Shown: positions 45,161 to 55,713, counted from the stretch's first letter. The stretch is 64,000 nt of DNA from Cenarchaeum sp. (GCA_965212015.1 OZ243037.1:1664001-1728000), one strand, 5' to 3'. A program made the numbers and translations. Notes: generated by a model not told the origin, from the letters alone.

Positions 45161-45239
45161 GAGATGATATTATATGTATCATAACATCTCACATTGTGAG
45201 AGTATATTATATATATCATAATATCTCGTATGGTACGAG
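45161..45239. repeat. Two imperfect 30-bp AT-rich direct repeats (37-bp period) with hairpins
   Basis: GAGATGATATTATATGTATCATAACATCTC (45161-45190) and GAGAGTATATTATATATATCATAATATCTC (45198-45227). Confidence 0.75.
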
Positions 45240-45420
45240 GTTTGAGGATTAATGAGGGATATTTTCACAATAAAATGGTGCATGTCGACTATTTTCTGGA
45301 TTTTCTAGATGTATGATTGGGGTGAAAATCTCCAAAAAAATCACGAGTTAAATACACTTTATAGGGCAGTAAGGTTGGTTCTACAGAACTCTTTTATCAT
45401 TCTATGTGATCCAGTGATTA

Positions 45421-47733
45421 TTGACTGAAAAATACTCTATTCTACTGGCAGGCATCTGCATTATTACCCTTTTTGCCATAAATACGGTAGATGCTCAACC
45501 ATACAAGGGAATTCTTGTTCTGGATCCTATATCGTCCAAAATAAAGATTGGAGACACGATTGTCTTTTCGGGTCAGCTGTACACGGATTCCAGATACCCA
45601 GTATCCAATGCCGTGATCTACATAATGGATGACGTATCTTTTGGGAAGGACAAGATAATTACAAAGACAATTACAAATAGCATTGGAGAATTCTATACAA
45701 CATGGACTGCCAAACAACGGAGTAGTGGTGCATATGACATTTATGCGATATTTGATGGGGATTCAAGTGTCAATAAAGCACGAAGTGAGGAATACAAAGT
45801 TAAGGTTTCATCTTCGTCTTATTCCGAAAAACATCCTACAACAATCAAATTGTATCGAATTCCATTATCCATCAATGCCGGAGATTCAGTCACATTTACA
45901 GGTGAGTTGACATCGAATGGATGGCCTGTCAAGAACGCATTGATCAAAATCAAGGAAGATGATCCGGCTTTGCCTGATGAAATACTTGGATATGGCCGAA
46001 CAAATTCCGATGGAATATTTTCGATCTCAAGATCCGTTGGTGCGGCGGATTTGGAAAAAAGTTTTGACGTTTATGCAGTATTTGACGGATCCAAATCATA
46101 TTACAAAGATCGATCAATTAATCAGATTATGAAAGTGTCAAAACAAGGAGGTTCGATAAAATTGGATCCACTTCAATATAGTGCCAAAGTTGGCGAAGTA
46201 ATTACATTTTCAGGGACGTTATATTTTGACAATCATTCCACAAAAGGCGCAATAGTATATATCAAAGACGAAGATGCGTTGAATCCAGATGATCTGCTTG
46301 CCACAGGCTATGTTGATCGGAATGGTAAATTTTCGGCAAATTGGTTTGCTCATCGTGTTGATCCTGACAATACCGTTGACATTTATGCTGTATTTGAGGG
46401 AAACAGCAAGATATCCAGACTTACAACATGCGATAAAAACCCCACATTTTCGGTAGGTGGCTTATGCACCAATACGATTGATTTGATAATAAGTGGAACT
46501 GTACGTACGGATCCACCTTCAAATTATATACCTAAAAAAGATGTATACATGGAGTTAAAGTATGCTTTAAATTTCGTTGATTCTCCACATGTAGCAATAA
46601 TTCCAAGTCCCGATTCATACAATAAAGTGAAGTCACATATTGTACCAGTTATGGAAGGAATTAGAATGTGGGAATACGATATTGAACGAAAATATGGTGG
46701 AAATTGGGACATAAGTTTTGAGGTGGCAGAGAAGGGACAGGGTTTTTTTAAATCCAAGCCAGATGTTATTGTAAATTTGATTACATCAGGAGAAGCAAAT
46801 CCGGTTAGATCAAAAGATGGCAGTGCATGTTCTACAGATTATTATGGTGTTGCATATTCTCGTGCACCATCGGTTAAAAAACCCGTTCAAACAATAGTCT
46901 GTTCTACCATCAAAGGCGAACAAAGATCAAACGACGGTATTGCCGCTACTGCTGCCCATGAATTCATTCATGCAGTGGGATTGGGACACACATTCAACAA
47001 AGCCGGTGATCTGATGTGCAGCAAGGAGGACGATAAATGGACGTGTCCTCCAGTCATTAAATCTAAAAATCCGTCTGCCCTAAATCTTGATGCGGTTGTA
47101 AAAATTTATGGTCGTGATGGATTCAAGAATCCAAACAATCATGTAACATATAAGGAAAGATTTGTATCAGGTACTTTAACTAACAATGATCAACGTGTTA
47201 TGCCGAAAGTAACTATTCCTTCACAAACATTCACGTCTCTTTCAACATGGAATGACAAACAACACGGTCTGACTATAGATTATCCGAAAGGTTGGATAGT
47301 CGATTCATCGGAGGAAGACGGCGATATTGTAAGCTTTTATGACAAAAATTATGTAAATTCATATATTTCCATATATTATCAGGGTGATCCGTTAAAAGAT
47401 GATATTTTGAACACTCTCAATCAGATAGAAAGAGATTATTGCAGAAATGCCACATTCGATTATGATGGGTTTACATGTAATAACTTTGTCTTGATCGGTC
47501 AAGACATAGACCATGACATACCGGGTTTTGATTATGTGGCAGCCATGACATATTATGTGACAAGACAATATGATGATACAGGCTCTGATCCCAAAAAAAT
47601 GCTCATAATAGCATACGAAATATCAAATGGATCGCTGGCCTATCAATTTTATTCAGAAACAAATAATGAATATACGCCGAAATATGGAAGGATATTATGG
47701 GAATCATTACAATCCTTCAAATTTACCAGATAA
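45421..47733 (+). CDS. Secreted metzincin-type metalloprotease with three Ig-like repeats and a PsbP-like C-terminal domain
   Basis: Signal peptide; three GD.(I/V).FSG.L...DIYA.F(D/E)G repeats; HEFIHAVGLGH with a downstream Met-turn (DLM); IDYPKGW. Confidence 0.8.
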   Translation: MTEKYSILLAGICIITLFAINTVDAQPYKGILVLDPISSKIKIGDTIVFSGQLYTDSRYPVSNAVIYIMDDVSFGKDKIITKTITNSIGEFYTTWTAKQRSSGAYDIYAIFDGDSSVNKARSEEYKVKVSSSSYSEKHPTTIKLYRIPLSINAGDSVTFTGELTSNGWPVKNALIKIKEDDPALPDEILGYGRTNSDGIFSISRSVGAADLEKSFDVYAVFDGSKSYYKDRSINQIMKVSKQGGSIKLDPLQYSAKVGEVITFSGTLYFDNHSTKGAIVYIKDEDALNPDDLLATGYVDRNGKFSANWFAHRVDPDNTVDIYAVFEGNSKISRLTTCDKNPTFSVGGLCTNTIDLIISGTVRTDPPSNYIPKKDVYMELKYALNFVDSPHVAIIPSPDSYNKVKSHIVPVMEGIRMWEYDIERKYGGNWDISFEVAEKGQGFFKSKPDVIVNLITSGEANPVRSKDGSACSTDYYGVAYSRAPSVKKPVQTIVCSTIKGEQRSNDGIAATAAHEFIHAVGLGHTFNKAGDLMCSKEDDKWTCPPVIKSKNPSALNLDAVVKIYGRDGFKNPNNHVTYKERFVSGTLTNNDQRVMPKVTIPSQTFTSLSTWNDKQHGLTIDYPKGWIVDSSEEDGDIVSFYDKNYVNSYISIYYQGDPLKDDILNTLNQIERDYCRNATFDYDGFTCNNFVLIGQDIDHDIPGFDYVAAMTYYVTRQYDDTGSDPKKMLIIAYEISNGSLAYQFYSETNNEYTPKYGRILWESLQSFKFTR

Positions 47734-47942
47734 CAGTACAAATGGAAATCAAGTACAAATAAAGAGATAAATAATTTCTCTACTCTTACTATAGTTATGT
47801 ACGAGATGGATATCGGGTCTGGTTATTGTATGAATATCCTGCGCCCTGTCTGATTCCACTTCCCAGTACGATTTCTCGCGTTCCCAACGTATCTGAAAAA
47901 AAGGAAGCAGAGACAGATCCATGCACCGTGTTCTGATGCGGC

Positions 47943-48317
47943 CTAGAGCGGAATCTTTTTGCTGTTCGTAATCAGGCTTGCAGAGCGCAAAAACACGGCC
48001 CTTGCCGTCTTGCAGCCGGCGTCACACGACTCGTTTATGGGGGGACTCTTGCGATCCGGCCCCCCGGAGATGACGGCCCTGAGCAGGGGAAGCAGCGCGG
48101 CCCTTCCGCCATAGGCGGTCTTTTTGTCAATAAGCCAGAACATGTCCCGGGCGTCAGAGTCCAGAACCTCGTCGCGCAGCTGCTCGCCGAGTGCCGAATA
48201 GTGGCCCACCATCGAGAACTTGCCGCCGGACACTGCGTTTACAAGCTTTGCAAACCTTATGCACAGAACGCACCGGTCGTCGTACACCAGGACGGGTATC
48301 ATCCCCATAACATCCAT
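47943..48317 (-). CDS. DCC1/DUF393 thiol-disulfide oxidoreductase-like protein
   Basis: LVYDDRCVLC motif. Confidence 0.8.
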   Translation of the reverse strand: MDVMGMIPVLVYDDRCVLCIRFAKLVNAVSGGKFSMVGHYSALGEQLRDEVLDSDARDMFWLIDKKTAYGGRAALLPLLRAVISGGPDRKSPPINESCDAGCKTARAVFLRSASLITNSKKIPL

Positions 48318-48391
48318 GCCCTGTCAGCGCAGCCGCCGAATTAATATTTTCAGAAATAGACTTTTATTCGTTATACGGGGAATAGTGCAAG

Positions 48392-50056
48392 ATGGGCCTT
48401 GACTATTATAAAATCAAAAGAAACATCCGCAAGGCGCGCAAGCTGGTAATACGCGGCACCACTGCGGCCGGATCCGGCCATCCCGGCGGCTCGTTTTCCA
48501 TGGCCGAAATCATGGGCGTCCTGTTTGGAAATCACCTGAGGCATGATCCAAAAAACCCCGGCTGGGAGGACAGGGACAGGCTGGTGCTCTCAAAGGGCCA
48601 CGCAGCACCCGGATTATACTCGAATCTGGCAGTGGCGGGTTTTTTTGAGGGATCCGAGCTAGAGACGCTGCGGAAATTTGGCAGCAGGCTGCAGGGGCAT
48701 CCGGACCTAAAGTGTCCGGGAGTGGAATTCTGCGGCGGATCGCTTGGGATAGGACTGTCGTTTTCAATAGGCATGGCGCTTGCAGCAAAGATCGACGGCA
48801 AAGCTCACCGCATATACACTGTAATTGGTGATGGCGAGTCCGACGAGGGACAGGTGTGGGAGGCGGCAATGACTGCGGCAAAATACAAGGTGGACAATCT
48901 CACGGCGATTCTTGATAGGAACTTTATCCAGCAGGACTCTTATACTGAAAAAATCATGCCGCTCGACGAGGAGCTAGTTGGCGACGATCTCTCAGAAATG
49001 TGGAAGGACGCATCGCGCTGGAAGACTGGCGACAAGTGGCGCTCCTTTGGGTGGAACGTAATCGAGATAGACGGCCACCGCATAGAGCAGCTAGACGGCG
49101 CGCTCCGCAGGGCGCGCGCGACCCGCGGCGCACCGACTATAATCATTGCGCGCACCATAAAGGGCAAGGCAGTAGAGCACATGGAGGACAATCCGCAGTG
49201 GCACGGCAAGGCAGCAGACCCCGACATTGCGCCGATAATCGACGCAGAGCTTGACTGCCAGTTCATGATTGCACCCTCAATTATCGCCGGCGACATGTCA
49301 AACCTGGAAAACGAGGTGCGGCGCTGCGCAGAAGGCAGGGCAGACTATATCCACCTAGACGTGATGGACGGCCGGTTTGTCCCAAACAGTACCTTTGATC
49401 ACGTGAAAATCAAGGAGCTAAGGCCGCTCACGCAAATCCCGTTTGATACGCACCTCATGATAGAGGAGCCCCAAAGGCACGTACGGGAATATGTGGAGGC
49501 AGGAAGCGACATCGTTACGGTCCATGCCGAGGCCTGCGACGAGTCAAGCTTTGGCGAGATACACGACTATCTGAGGCAGAACAAGGTGGGAGTCGGCCTT
49601 GCGATAAACCCCGGCACGGAGCTTCCCGGATGGTCGCCGCAGTTCGCGCCCACGCTAGACCAGATAATAGTAATGTCAGTAGTCCCCGGAAAATCCGGGC
49701 AAAAGTACATTGAATCATCGCACGAAAAAACATCCTCGCTGCTGGCAACGCTTGGCAGACACGGCTTTGATGGAACAATAGAGGCAGACGGGGGCGTCAC
49801 GCTGGAAAACGTCGCTGCGTGCTTTGCCGACGGCGCCAGGGCGTTTGTAGGGGGCAGCTCCATAATAGGTCAGCCAGACGTCCGCGTGATGATTAGGGAG
49901 TTTCGCAGAATAATTCTCAACGCCCGCAGAAAGCTCCTGCTGCAAAAGGCAGCCGAGCTCGGAGGAGCAGAGCTGGTACAAAAATGGATAGGCCTGCACA
50001 GGATTGGCAAGAAAAAAGTACAGCTGGAACTGCTGGCAGAAAGGGGCACTCCATGA
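48392..50056 (+). CDS. rpe: Transketolase N-terminal subunit fused to ribulose-phosphate 3-epimerase
   Basis: SGHPGGS, LSKGHAAP, GDGE..EGQVWEA, followed by IAPSI, HLDVMDG, DTHLM, EADGG. Confidence 0.92.
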   Translation: MGLDYYKIKRNIRKARKLVIRGTTAAGSGHPGGSFSMAEIMGVLFGNHLRHDPKNPGWEDRDRLVLSKGHAAPGLYSNLAVAGFFEGSELETLRKFGSRLQGHPDLKCPGVEFCGGSLGIGLSFSIGMALAAKIDGKAHRIYTVIGDGESDEGQVWEAAMTAAKYKVDNLTAILDRNFIQQDSYTEKIMPLDEELVGDDLSEMWKDASRWKTGDKWRSFGWNVIEIDGHRIEQLDGALRRARATRGAPTIIIARTIKGKAVEHMEDNPQWHGKAADPDIAPIIDAELDCQFMIAPSIIAGDMSNLENEVRRCAEGRADYIHLDVMDGRFVPNSTFDHVKIKELRPLTQIPFDTHLMIEEPQRHVREYVEAGSDIVTVHAEACDESSFGEIHDYLRQNKVGVGLAINPGTELPGWSPQFAPTLDQIIVMSVVPGKSGQKYIESSHEKTSSLLATLGRHGFDGTIEADGGVTLENVAACFADGARAFVGGSSIIGQPDVRVMIREFRRIILNARRKLLLQKAAELGGAELVQKWIGLHRIGKKKVQLELLAERGTP

Positions 50057-51018
50057 CAGAGTACACCGACATGCGCTCAGAGTACGGAAAAAAGCTAGTA
50101 GAGCTGGGGCACAAAAACCCTAACATTGTCGTGCTCGGGGCGGACACTACTGACTCGCTAAAGACCGCCGGCTTTGGACGCGAATTCCCGGACAGGTTTT
50201 TCAACGTGGGAATCGCAGAAGCCAACCTGGTATCTGTCTCCGCCGGGCTTGCCATGTCCGGCAAGACTGCGTTTGCAAGCACGTATGCGATATTTGTCCC
50301 CGGAAGGGCGGTAGACCAGATAAGAAACGCAGTGTGCTATCCGTCCCGGGGCGAGCAGAGGGGCCTTGATGTAAAGCTGGTCGTCTCCCACGGCGGCCTG
50401 TCTGTGGGCGCAGACGGGGGATCACACCAGCAGATAGAGGACATTGCAATAATGCGCGCCATTCCCAACATGCGGGTGCTAATCCCCGCAGACACTATAT
50501 CCGTAAAGTCCCTGACCTATACAATGTCAGAGCAGTACGGCCCGTTTTACATGCGCATGACGCGCTCAAAGACGCCGGTAATCCACCCTGAATCGCAGGA
50601 TCTTGAGGTGGGAAAGGCAGTGACGCTGCGCGACGGGGCGGACTGTACGATTGCCGCCTGCGGCATTACGGTACAGATGGCGCTAGATGCGGCAGACTCG
50701 CTGGAACAACAGGGAGTCTCGTGCCGCGTGCTTGACGTATTCTCCATAAAGCCGCTGGATGCGGGCGCACTGGACAAGGCGGCAAGGGAGACTGGCGGAA
50801 TCGTCACATGCGAGGAGCACAATGTGCTCGGCGGCCTGGGCTCGGCAGTCGCAGAGACCATATCTGAGAACAGTCCGGTTCCCATCCGGCGCATAGGCGT
50901 GCAAGACAAGTTTGGCGAGTCGTGCAGGGATGATGAAATCCCGCGGCTGTTCGAAAAACACGGAATAACATCTTTTAATATAGCAGAGGCCGTACAGGAG
51001 GTAAGGGACAAGTTATGA
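50053..51018 (+). CDS. Transketolase C-terminal subunit
   Basis: NVGIAEAN, DGGSHQ, EEHNVLGGLGS. Confidence 0.93.
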   Translation: MTEYTDMRSEYGKKLVELGHKNPNIVVLGADTTDSLKTAGFGREFPDRFFNVGIAEANLVSVSAGLAMSGKTAFASTYAIFVPGRAVDQIRNAVCYPSRGEQRGLDVKLVVSHGGLSVGADGGSHQQIEDIAIMRAIPNMRVLIPADTISVKSLTYTMSEQYGPFYMRMTRSKTPVIHPESQDLEVGKAVTLRDGADCTIAACGITVQMALDAADSLEQQGVSCRVLDVFSIKPLDAGALDKAARETGGIVTCEEHNVLGGLGSAVAETISENSPVPIRRIGVQDKFGESCRDDEIPRLFEKHGITSFNIAEAVQEVRDKL

Positions 51019-51662
51019 AGATATTTCTTGACACGGCAAATCTTGACTCTATTCGCAAGTACAACGACATGAACCTGCTGGACGGAATCACGACAAACCC
51101 GTCGCTTCTGTACCGGGAGGGCGGGGATCCAAAGCAGATAATGAAAGAGATTACGGGAATGGTGCGCGGCGACATCAGCCTCGAGGTCCTCAGCGTGGAT
51201 TACGAGGGGATGGTAAAAGAGGGAAAAAAACTGCGCGAGTACGGCGAGAACGTGGTGGTAAAGTGCCCAATGACTGCGGCGGGACTAAAGGCCTGCAAGG
51301 AGCTAAGCTCGCAGGGAATCCCGGTAAACATTACGCTAATCTTTTCTGCCAACCAGGCGATTCTTGCGGCAAAGTCCGGCGCAAAATACGTCAGCCCGTT
51401 TATTGGCAGGCTCGATGACATCGGTCAGGACGGCATGGCCCTGATCCGGGACATCAAGCAGATATTCTCAAACTATACATTTTCCACGCAGATTCTCGTT
51501 GCAAGCATACGGCACCCGCTGCACGTAGTCGATGCGGCAAGGATTGGTGCCGACGTCGTGACGCTGCCGCCGGCCGTACTGGAAAAGATGCTGGCCCACC
51601 CGCTGACTGACATTGGCCTAAAGAACTTTTTGGCGGACTGGGAAAAGCTAAAGACCGGCTAG
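51015..51662 (+). CDS. fsa: Transaldolase / fructose-6-phosphate aldolase
   Basis: FLDTAN, GITTNPSL, VVKCP, YVSPFIGRLDD, ASIR, HPLTD. Confidence 0.95.
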   Translation: MKIFLDTANLDSIRKYNDMNLLDGITTNPSLLYREGGDPKQIMKEITGMVRGDISLEVLSVDYEGMVKEGKKLREYGENVVVKCPMTAAGLKACKELSSQGIPVNITLIFSANQAILAAKSGAKYVSPFIGRLDDIGQDGMALIRDIKQIFSNYTFSTQILVASIRHPLHVVDAARIGADVVTLPPAVLEKMLAHPLTDIGLKNFLADWEKLKTG

Positions 51663-51979
51663 ACGCCGAGGCTTTCGGCCTTTGTGAGCTCCACGAACAC
51701 CTTGTCGCCCACTGACAGGTTCATCTGCTTGTACTCGTGCATGTCGAGCTTTATGGCAGTGACCCCGCCTGACATCCCGCCTGCGCCTGCGAACATTTTG
51801 TTTATGTCCTTCATCATGTCGTTCATGTTTGTAAAGCCCATGACCTTCGGGCCGCCAAAGGGCGACTGGGGCTGCTTCATTCCCTCCTGCATCTCCTTTG
51901 CCGAGGACAGCGAGACTGTCACGTACGGGGATCCGTCCGGCGAGGCATCTATGCTCTTTACGATATACTCCTTTTTCAT
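51659..51979 (-). CDS. Conserved thaumarchaeal hypothetical protein
   Basis: MKKEYIVKSIDASPDGSPYV...EYKQMNLSVGDKV. Confidence 0.75.
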   Translation of the reverse strand: MKKEYIVKSIDASPDGSPYVTVSLSSAKEMQEGMKQPQSPFGGPKVMGFTNMNDMMKDINKMFAGAGGMSGGVTAIKLDMHEYKQMNLSVGDKVFVELTKAESLGV

Positions 51980-52097
51980 GCTAATGTGGATATTTCCCGA
52001 TATTTTAAACTTCAAACCGCGCTGCGGCGGCCCGTCCGGCGTGCGGGTTATATCATTATCCGGCCTGCTTTTATCCCAAAACCCCCCGACCAATGCC

Positions 52098-52289
52098 ATG
52101 AAAAGCGACGAAAAGAGATCGCACCGCCTCAACTTTCTCCTGCGGTGCTATCTGCAAAACCCCGCCGAGCGCGAGCTATACAGGCGGGCAAAGCAGATGG
52201 GCGTCTCTGACTCGACTGCCCGGGACTATATGAGAACGGTGATAATCCAGGCAAGAAAGATCGCCCTTGGTTCGCGCCGCACCCGATGA
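52098..52289 (+). CDS. Small HTH-like hypothetical protein
   Basis: MKSDEKRSHRLNFLL...MGVSDSTARDYMRTVI. Confidence 0.65.
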   Translation: MKSDEKRSHRLNFLLRCYLQNPAERELYRRAKQMGVSDSTARDYMRTVIIQARKIALGSRRTR

Positions 52290-52328
52290 GTGCCAGTTAC
52301 ATTGTATATATAAAGCGGGAACCGAGCC

Positions 52329-54119
52329 GTGCCCATGACGCATAGGGTGGCGGTGCTAGACGGGGATTTGTGCCAGCCAAAAAAATGCGGCCTCGAGTGC
52401 ATAAAGTACTGCCCGGTAAACAAGTCCGGCGCCGACTGTATAGTGCTAAACGAGGAGACAAACAAGGCGCAGATTGACGAGGACATTTGCAATGGCTGCG
52501 GGATATGCGTAAAGGTCTGCCCGTTTGACGCAATAACAATAGTAAACCTGGCATCGGAGCTTGCAACTGACAAGGTGCACCAGTACGGGCAAAACTCGTT
52601 TCGACTGTACCGGCTGCCGACCCCGAAAAAGGGGCAGGTCGTGGGACTGCTTGGGCGCAACGGCATGGGCAAGAGCACGGTGGTAAACATACTGTCCGGA
52701 AGCCTAAAGCCGAACCTCGGGCGGTATGATGACGCCCCAGAATGGGACGACATACTGGATTACTATGGCGGCACCGAGCTAAAGTCCCACTTTGCAAGTA
52801 TTAGGGACGGGCAAATCAGGGCGTCGATAAAGCCGCAGCAGGTGTACAATGTGGCGCAGGCATTTGACGGAACCGGCGGGGAGCTGATCGAAAAGTACGA
52901 TCAAAGGGGGGCGGCAAGGCAGCTAGTCGAGCGGCTGGGACTGCAAAACGCAATGGATCATAACATAAAGGAGCTAAGCGGCGGCGAGCTGCAGAGGATA
53001 GCAGTAGCGGTGACTGCGGCAAGGGACGCCGAGTTTTACTTTTTTGACGAGCCGTCGTCGTACAATGACGTGTTTCAGAGGTCGGGGGTGGCAAGGGTGA
53101 TACACGACCTGGCAAGGATGGGAAAAAGCGTGATGGTAGTGGAGCACGACCTGACGCTGCTTGACTATCTGAGCGACTATATCGAGGTGCTGTACGGGGA
53201 GCCTGCCGCATACGGGATTGTCTCTAGCGTTCTTTCCACAAAGGTAGGCATCAATGTGTTTCTGGACGGGTACCTGCCGAGTGAAAACGTGCGCTTTCGC
53301 GACAAACAGTTCACATTTGATGTCTCATCATCGACTGACGAGTTTCAGGAGGGCACGCCGATAATCACATACCCGTACATGGAAAAAAAATACCCGGCAT
53401 TTTCCGTAAGCATAGAGTCCGGCCAGGTCAGGCAGGGCGAGGTGCTCGGGATAATGGGCGCCAACGCCCTTGGCAAGACCACCGTAATGAAGCTGCTGAC
53501 CGGAGTCGAAAAGCCCGATTCCGGAAAAATCGACAAGACAGTAAGGATATCATACAAGCCGCAGTACCTCCAGAACGACACGGACGTGGAGGTCGTATCC
53601 GTGCTGGACCGGGCAAACGGCGGGCCCGTCGAGGGAAGCCTGGAAGAGGAGCAGACAATCGATCACCTGGGGATCAAAAAGCTGTACAACAAGCAGGTCA
53701 GAAACCTTTCTGGCGGCGAGCTGCAAAAGGTGGCCATTGCCTCGTGCCTGCTGCAGGAGGCAGACGTGTATGCGCTAGACGAGCCGTCGGCGTTTCTGGA
53801 CGTGGAGGACCGCATAGTGATTGCAAAATTCATCCAAAAGTTCGTCCGCTCCTTTGCAAAGTCCGCAATAGTGATTGACCACGACATTCAGCTGATGGAC
53901 CTGATATCTGACTCGATGGTAATGTTCGAGGGACAGTCCGGAGTGCGCGGCTGCGCCACGGCGCCCATGAGCAAGGCAGACGCCATGAACCGGTTTCTAA
54001 GGTCCCTTGGCATCTCATTTAGGCGCGACGAAAGGTCGATGAGGCCCAGGGTGAACAAGGCAGACAGCAGGCTGGACAAGCAGCAAAAGCAGGCGGGAAA
54101 CTTTTACTATCGGAATTGA
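52329..54119 (+). CDS. rli: Ribosome recycling ATPase ABCE1/RLI
   Basis: N-terminal 2x[4Fe-4S] Cys motifs and two ABC domains (GRNGMGKS, LSGGELQ twice). Confidence 0.97.
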   Translation: MPMTHRVAVLDGDLCQPKKCGLECIKYCPVNKSGADCIVLNEETNKAQIDEDICNGCGICVKVCPFDAITIVNLASELATDKVHQYGQNSFRLYRLPTPKKGQVVGLLGRNGMGKSTVVNILSGSLKPNLGRYDDAPEWDDILDYYGGTELKSHFASIRDGQIRASIKPQQVYNVAQAFDGTGGELIEKYDQRGAARQLVERLGLQNAMDHNIKELSGGELQRIAVAVTAARDAEFYFFDEPSSYNDVFQRSGVARVIHDLARMGKSVMVVEHDLTLLDYLSDYIEVLYGEPAAYGIVSSVLSTKVGINVFLDGYLPSENVRFRDKQFTFDVSSSTDEFQEGTPIITYPYMEKKYPAFSVSIESGQVRQGEVLGIMGANALGKTTVMKLLTGVEKPDSGKIDKTVRISYKPQYLQNDTDVEVVSVLDRANGGPVEGSLEEEQTIDHLGIKKLYNKQVRNLSGGELQKVAIASCLLQEADVYALDEPSAFLDVEDRIVIAKFIQKFVRSFAKSAIVIDHDIQLMDLISDSMVMFEGQSGVRGCATAPMSKADAMNRFLRSLGISFRRDERSMRPRVNKADSRLDKQQKQAGNFYYRN

Positions 54120-54952
54120 CGCGGATGCTAAGACGGGCGCTGGAGGGCGTCCTCACAAAAGAGGAGGGCGACGAGCTGTATTCTGCCTTTGATCAGATTG
54201 GTGATATTATCGTGGTGCGCATCCCCGAGTCGCTAGAGTCGCGTAAGAAAATCATAGGCCGGACGCTGCTCGAGGAGGTAAGGCCGGCCAGATCCGTGTA
54301 CTGCCAGTCATCTGACGTGCGGGGAAGCCACAGGACCCGGGATCTGGAGCTGCTTGCGGGAGAGGAGGGCACGCAGACAGAGTACCGCGAGCACGGCTGC
54401 AGGTTTGCAGTGGACGTGGAGAGGGCGTTTTTCTCGCCGAGGCTGTCCACTGAGAGGGGGAGGATTGCGGATCTGGTCTGCGACGGCGAGACCATAGTCA
54501 ACATGTTTGCAGGAGTCGGCACATTCTCGATAGTTGCGGCAAAAACAAAGGCGTGCTGCGTGTACAGCATGGACCTCAACCCCGTTGCCTCCGCACTCTG
54601 CGAGAAAAACATTTCGCAAAACAAACTGGCCGGATCCGTCGTGTCAATCAACGGCGATGCAGCAGAGCTAGTCGGCGCGCGATTCCGTGACGCAGGCGAC
54701 CGGACGCTGATGCTGCTGCCGGAAAGATCCGACGAGTTCCTCCAGTGTGCCGTCGATGCGACAAAAAGCGGCGGGACCATACACTATTACTCGCACGTGC
54801 ATGCTGATGCAAAAAAGGACGCAGCCAGGCTCTCTGAGGAGCACTATATGGGGATTGTCCCGGTGGAATCAAAAATAGTCAGCTCAAGAATAGTCCGGGC
54901 GGTGGGGACCAGGTACTACCAGACAGTGGTGGACGCAACGATACAAAAATAG
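54116..54952 (+). CDS. Trm5/TYW2-family SAM-dependent tRNA modification enzyme
   Basis: IGDI, FFSPRLSTER, NMFAGVGTF, DLNP, GTIHYY. Confidence 0.9.
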   Translation: MTRMLRRALEGVLTKEEGDELYSAFDQIGDIIVVRIPESLESRKKIIGRTLLEEVRPARSVYCQSSDVRGSHRTRDLELLAGEEGTQTEYREHGCRFAVDVERAFFSPRLSTERGRIADLVCDGETIVNMFAGVGTFSIVAAKTKACCVYSMDLNPVASALCEKNISQNKLAGSVVSINGDAAELVGARFRDAGDRTLMLLPERSDEFLQCAVDATKSGGTIHYYSHVHADAKKDAARLSEEHYMGIVPVESKIVSSRIVRAVGTRYYQTVVDATIQK

Positions 54953-55171
54953 TCACTCGTCTGACGTGATGGACGACTGCGAGGGCCTCGTGGTGGCCAT
55001 AGAGTACCCTATCCACGATATGACTCCCAGCACGCCGCCGGCAATCATCAGCACGGAGAGCTGCAGCACTATGGGGCTCCATTCTGAGAACATTAGCAGG
55101 TACGCATAAAGGAAAAACCCAGCAATGCACGCAACAAAGATGAGAATTCCCGTCGTCTTGCGCGCATCCAT
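54953..55171 (-). CDS. Small two-TM membrane protein
   Basis: Two hydrophobic helices ending in WIGYSMATT, a pattern typical of a small archaeal family. Confidence 0.75.
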   Translation of the reverse strand: MDARKTTGILIFVACIAGFFLYAYLLMFSEWSPIVLQLSVLMIAGGVLGVISWIGYSMATTRPSQSSITSDE

Positions 55172-55212
55172 GGGGTGCCTGCCGGCGCAATATTATTAAT
55201 TGTTTTTTCTCT

Positions 55213-55713
55213 CTAGTACGAGAATTCCTTGGCCATGCAATAGGCGTCCTCGCCGTCGCGATAGTACGTCTTTAGCCTCTGCCTGATATCAAAGCCCATG
55301 CCCTCGTACAGGCCGACTGCGTCGTTGTTGCTGCACCTCACCTCGAGGTACAGCTCGTCGCACTTTTTAATCTGCGCGCCCTTGAGTGCCTCCTCCACCA
55401 GCGCCCTGCCTATGCCCCTCTTTCTGAACCCGTCTAGAACGGCGACAGATACGAGGTGGCCCTTTTTTACAAACCCGAGCTTTTTAAAGCTCGAAAAGCC
55501 GTACTCTGTCTTGCACATTATGTATCCGACTGCCTTGCCTGCAACCTGGCCCACCAGAAAGGCCTCGGGCATCTCGGCAAGAAGGCTCTCGTAGAAATAG
55601 TCCGAATAGTGCTCCGGCAGCGTCTTTAGGTTTATCTCCATTACCGGTATGAGATCGCACGGCTCGACGCGCTTGATGAGGCAGCCGCCCACCTGCCGCA
55701 GTATGACTTGCAT
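55213..55713 (-). CDS. rimI: N-terminal acetyltransferase (RimI/Ard1)
   Basis: LPEHY, GHLVSVAV, RKRGIG, LEVRCSN, YYRDGEDA. Confidence 0.93.
   Translation of the reverse strand: MQVILRQVGGCLIKRVEPCDLIPVMEINLKTLPEHYSDYFYESLLAEMPEAFLVGQVAGKAVGYIMCKTEYGFSSFKKLGFVKKGHLVSVAVLDGFRKRGIGRALVEEALKGAQIKKCDELYLEVRCSNNDAVGLYEGMGFDIRQRLKTYYRDGEDAYCMAKEFSY

Noticed and set aside
45161-45239. Possible CRISPR mini-array
   Set aside because: Only two imperfect 30-bp units with a 7-bp gap, no unique 30-40-bp spacers and no cas genes. Kept as a plain repeat.
48392-51662. Transketolase-RPE fusion and non-oxidative pentose phosphate operon as a novelty
   Set aside because: As I recall, this is a known conserved feature of Nitrososphaerota.
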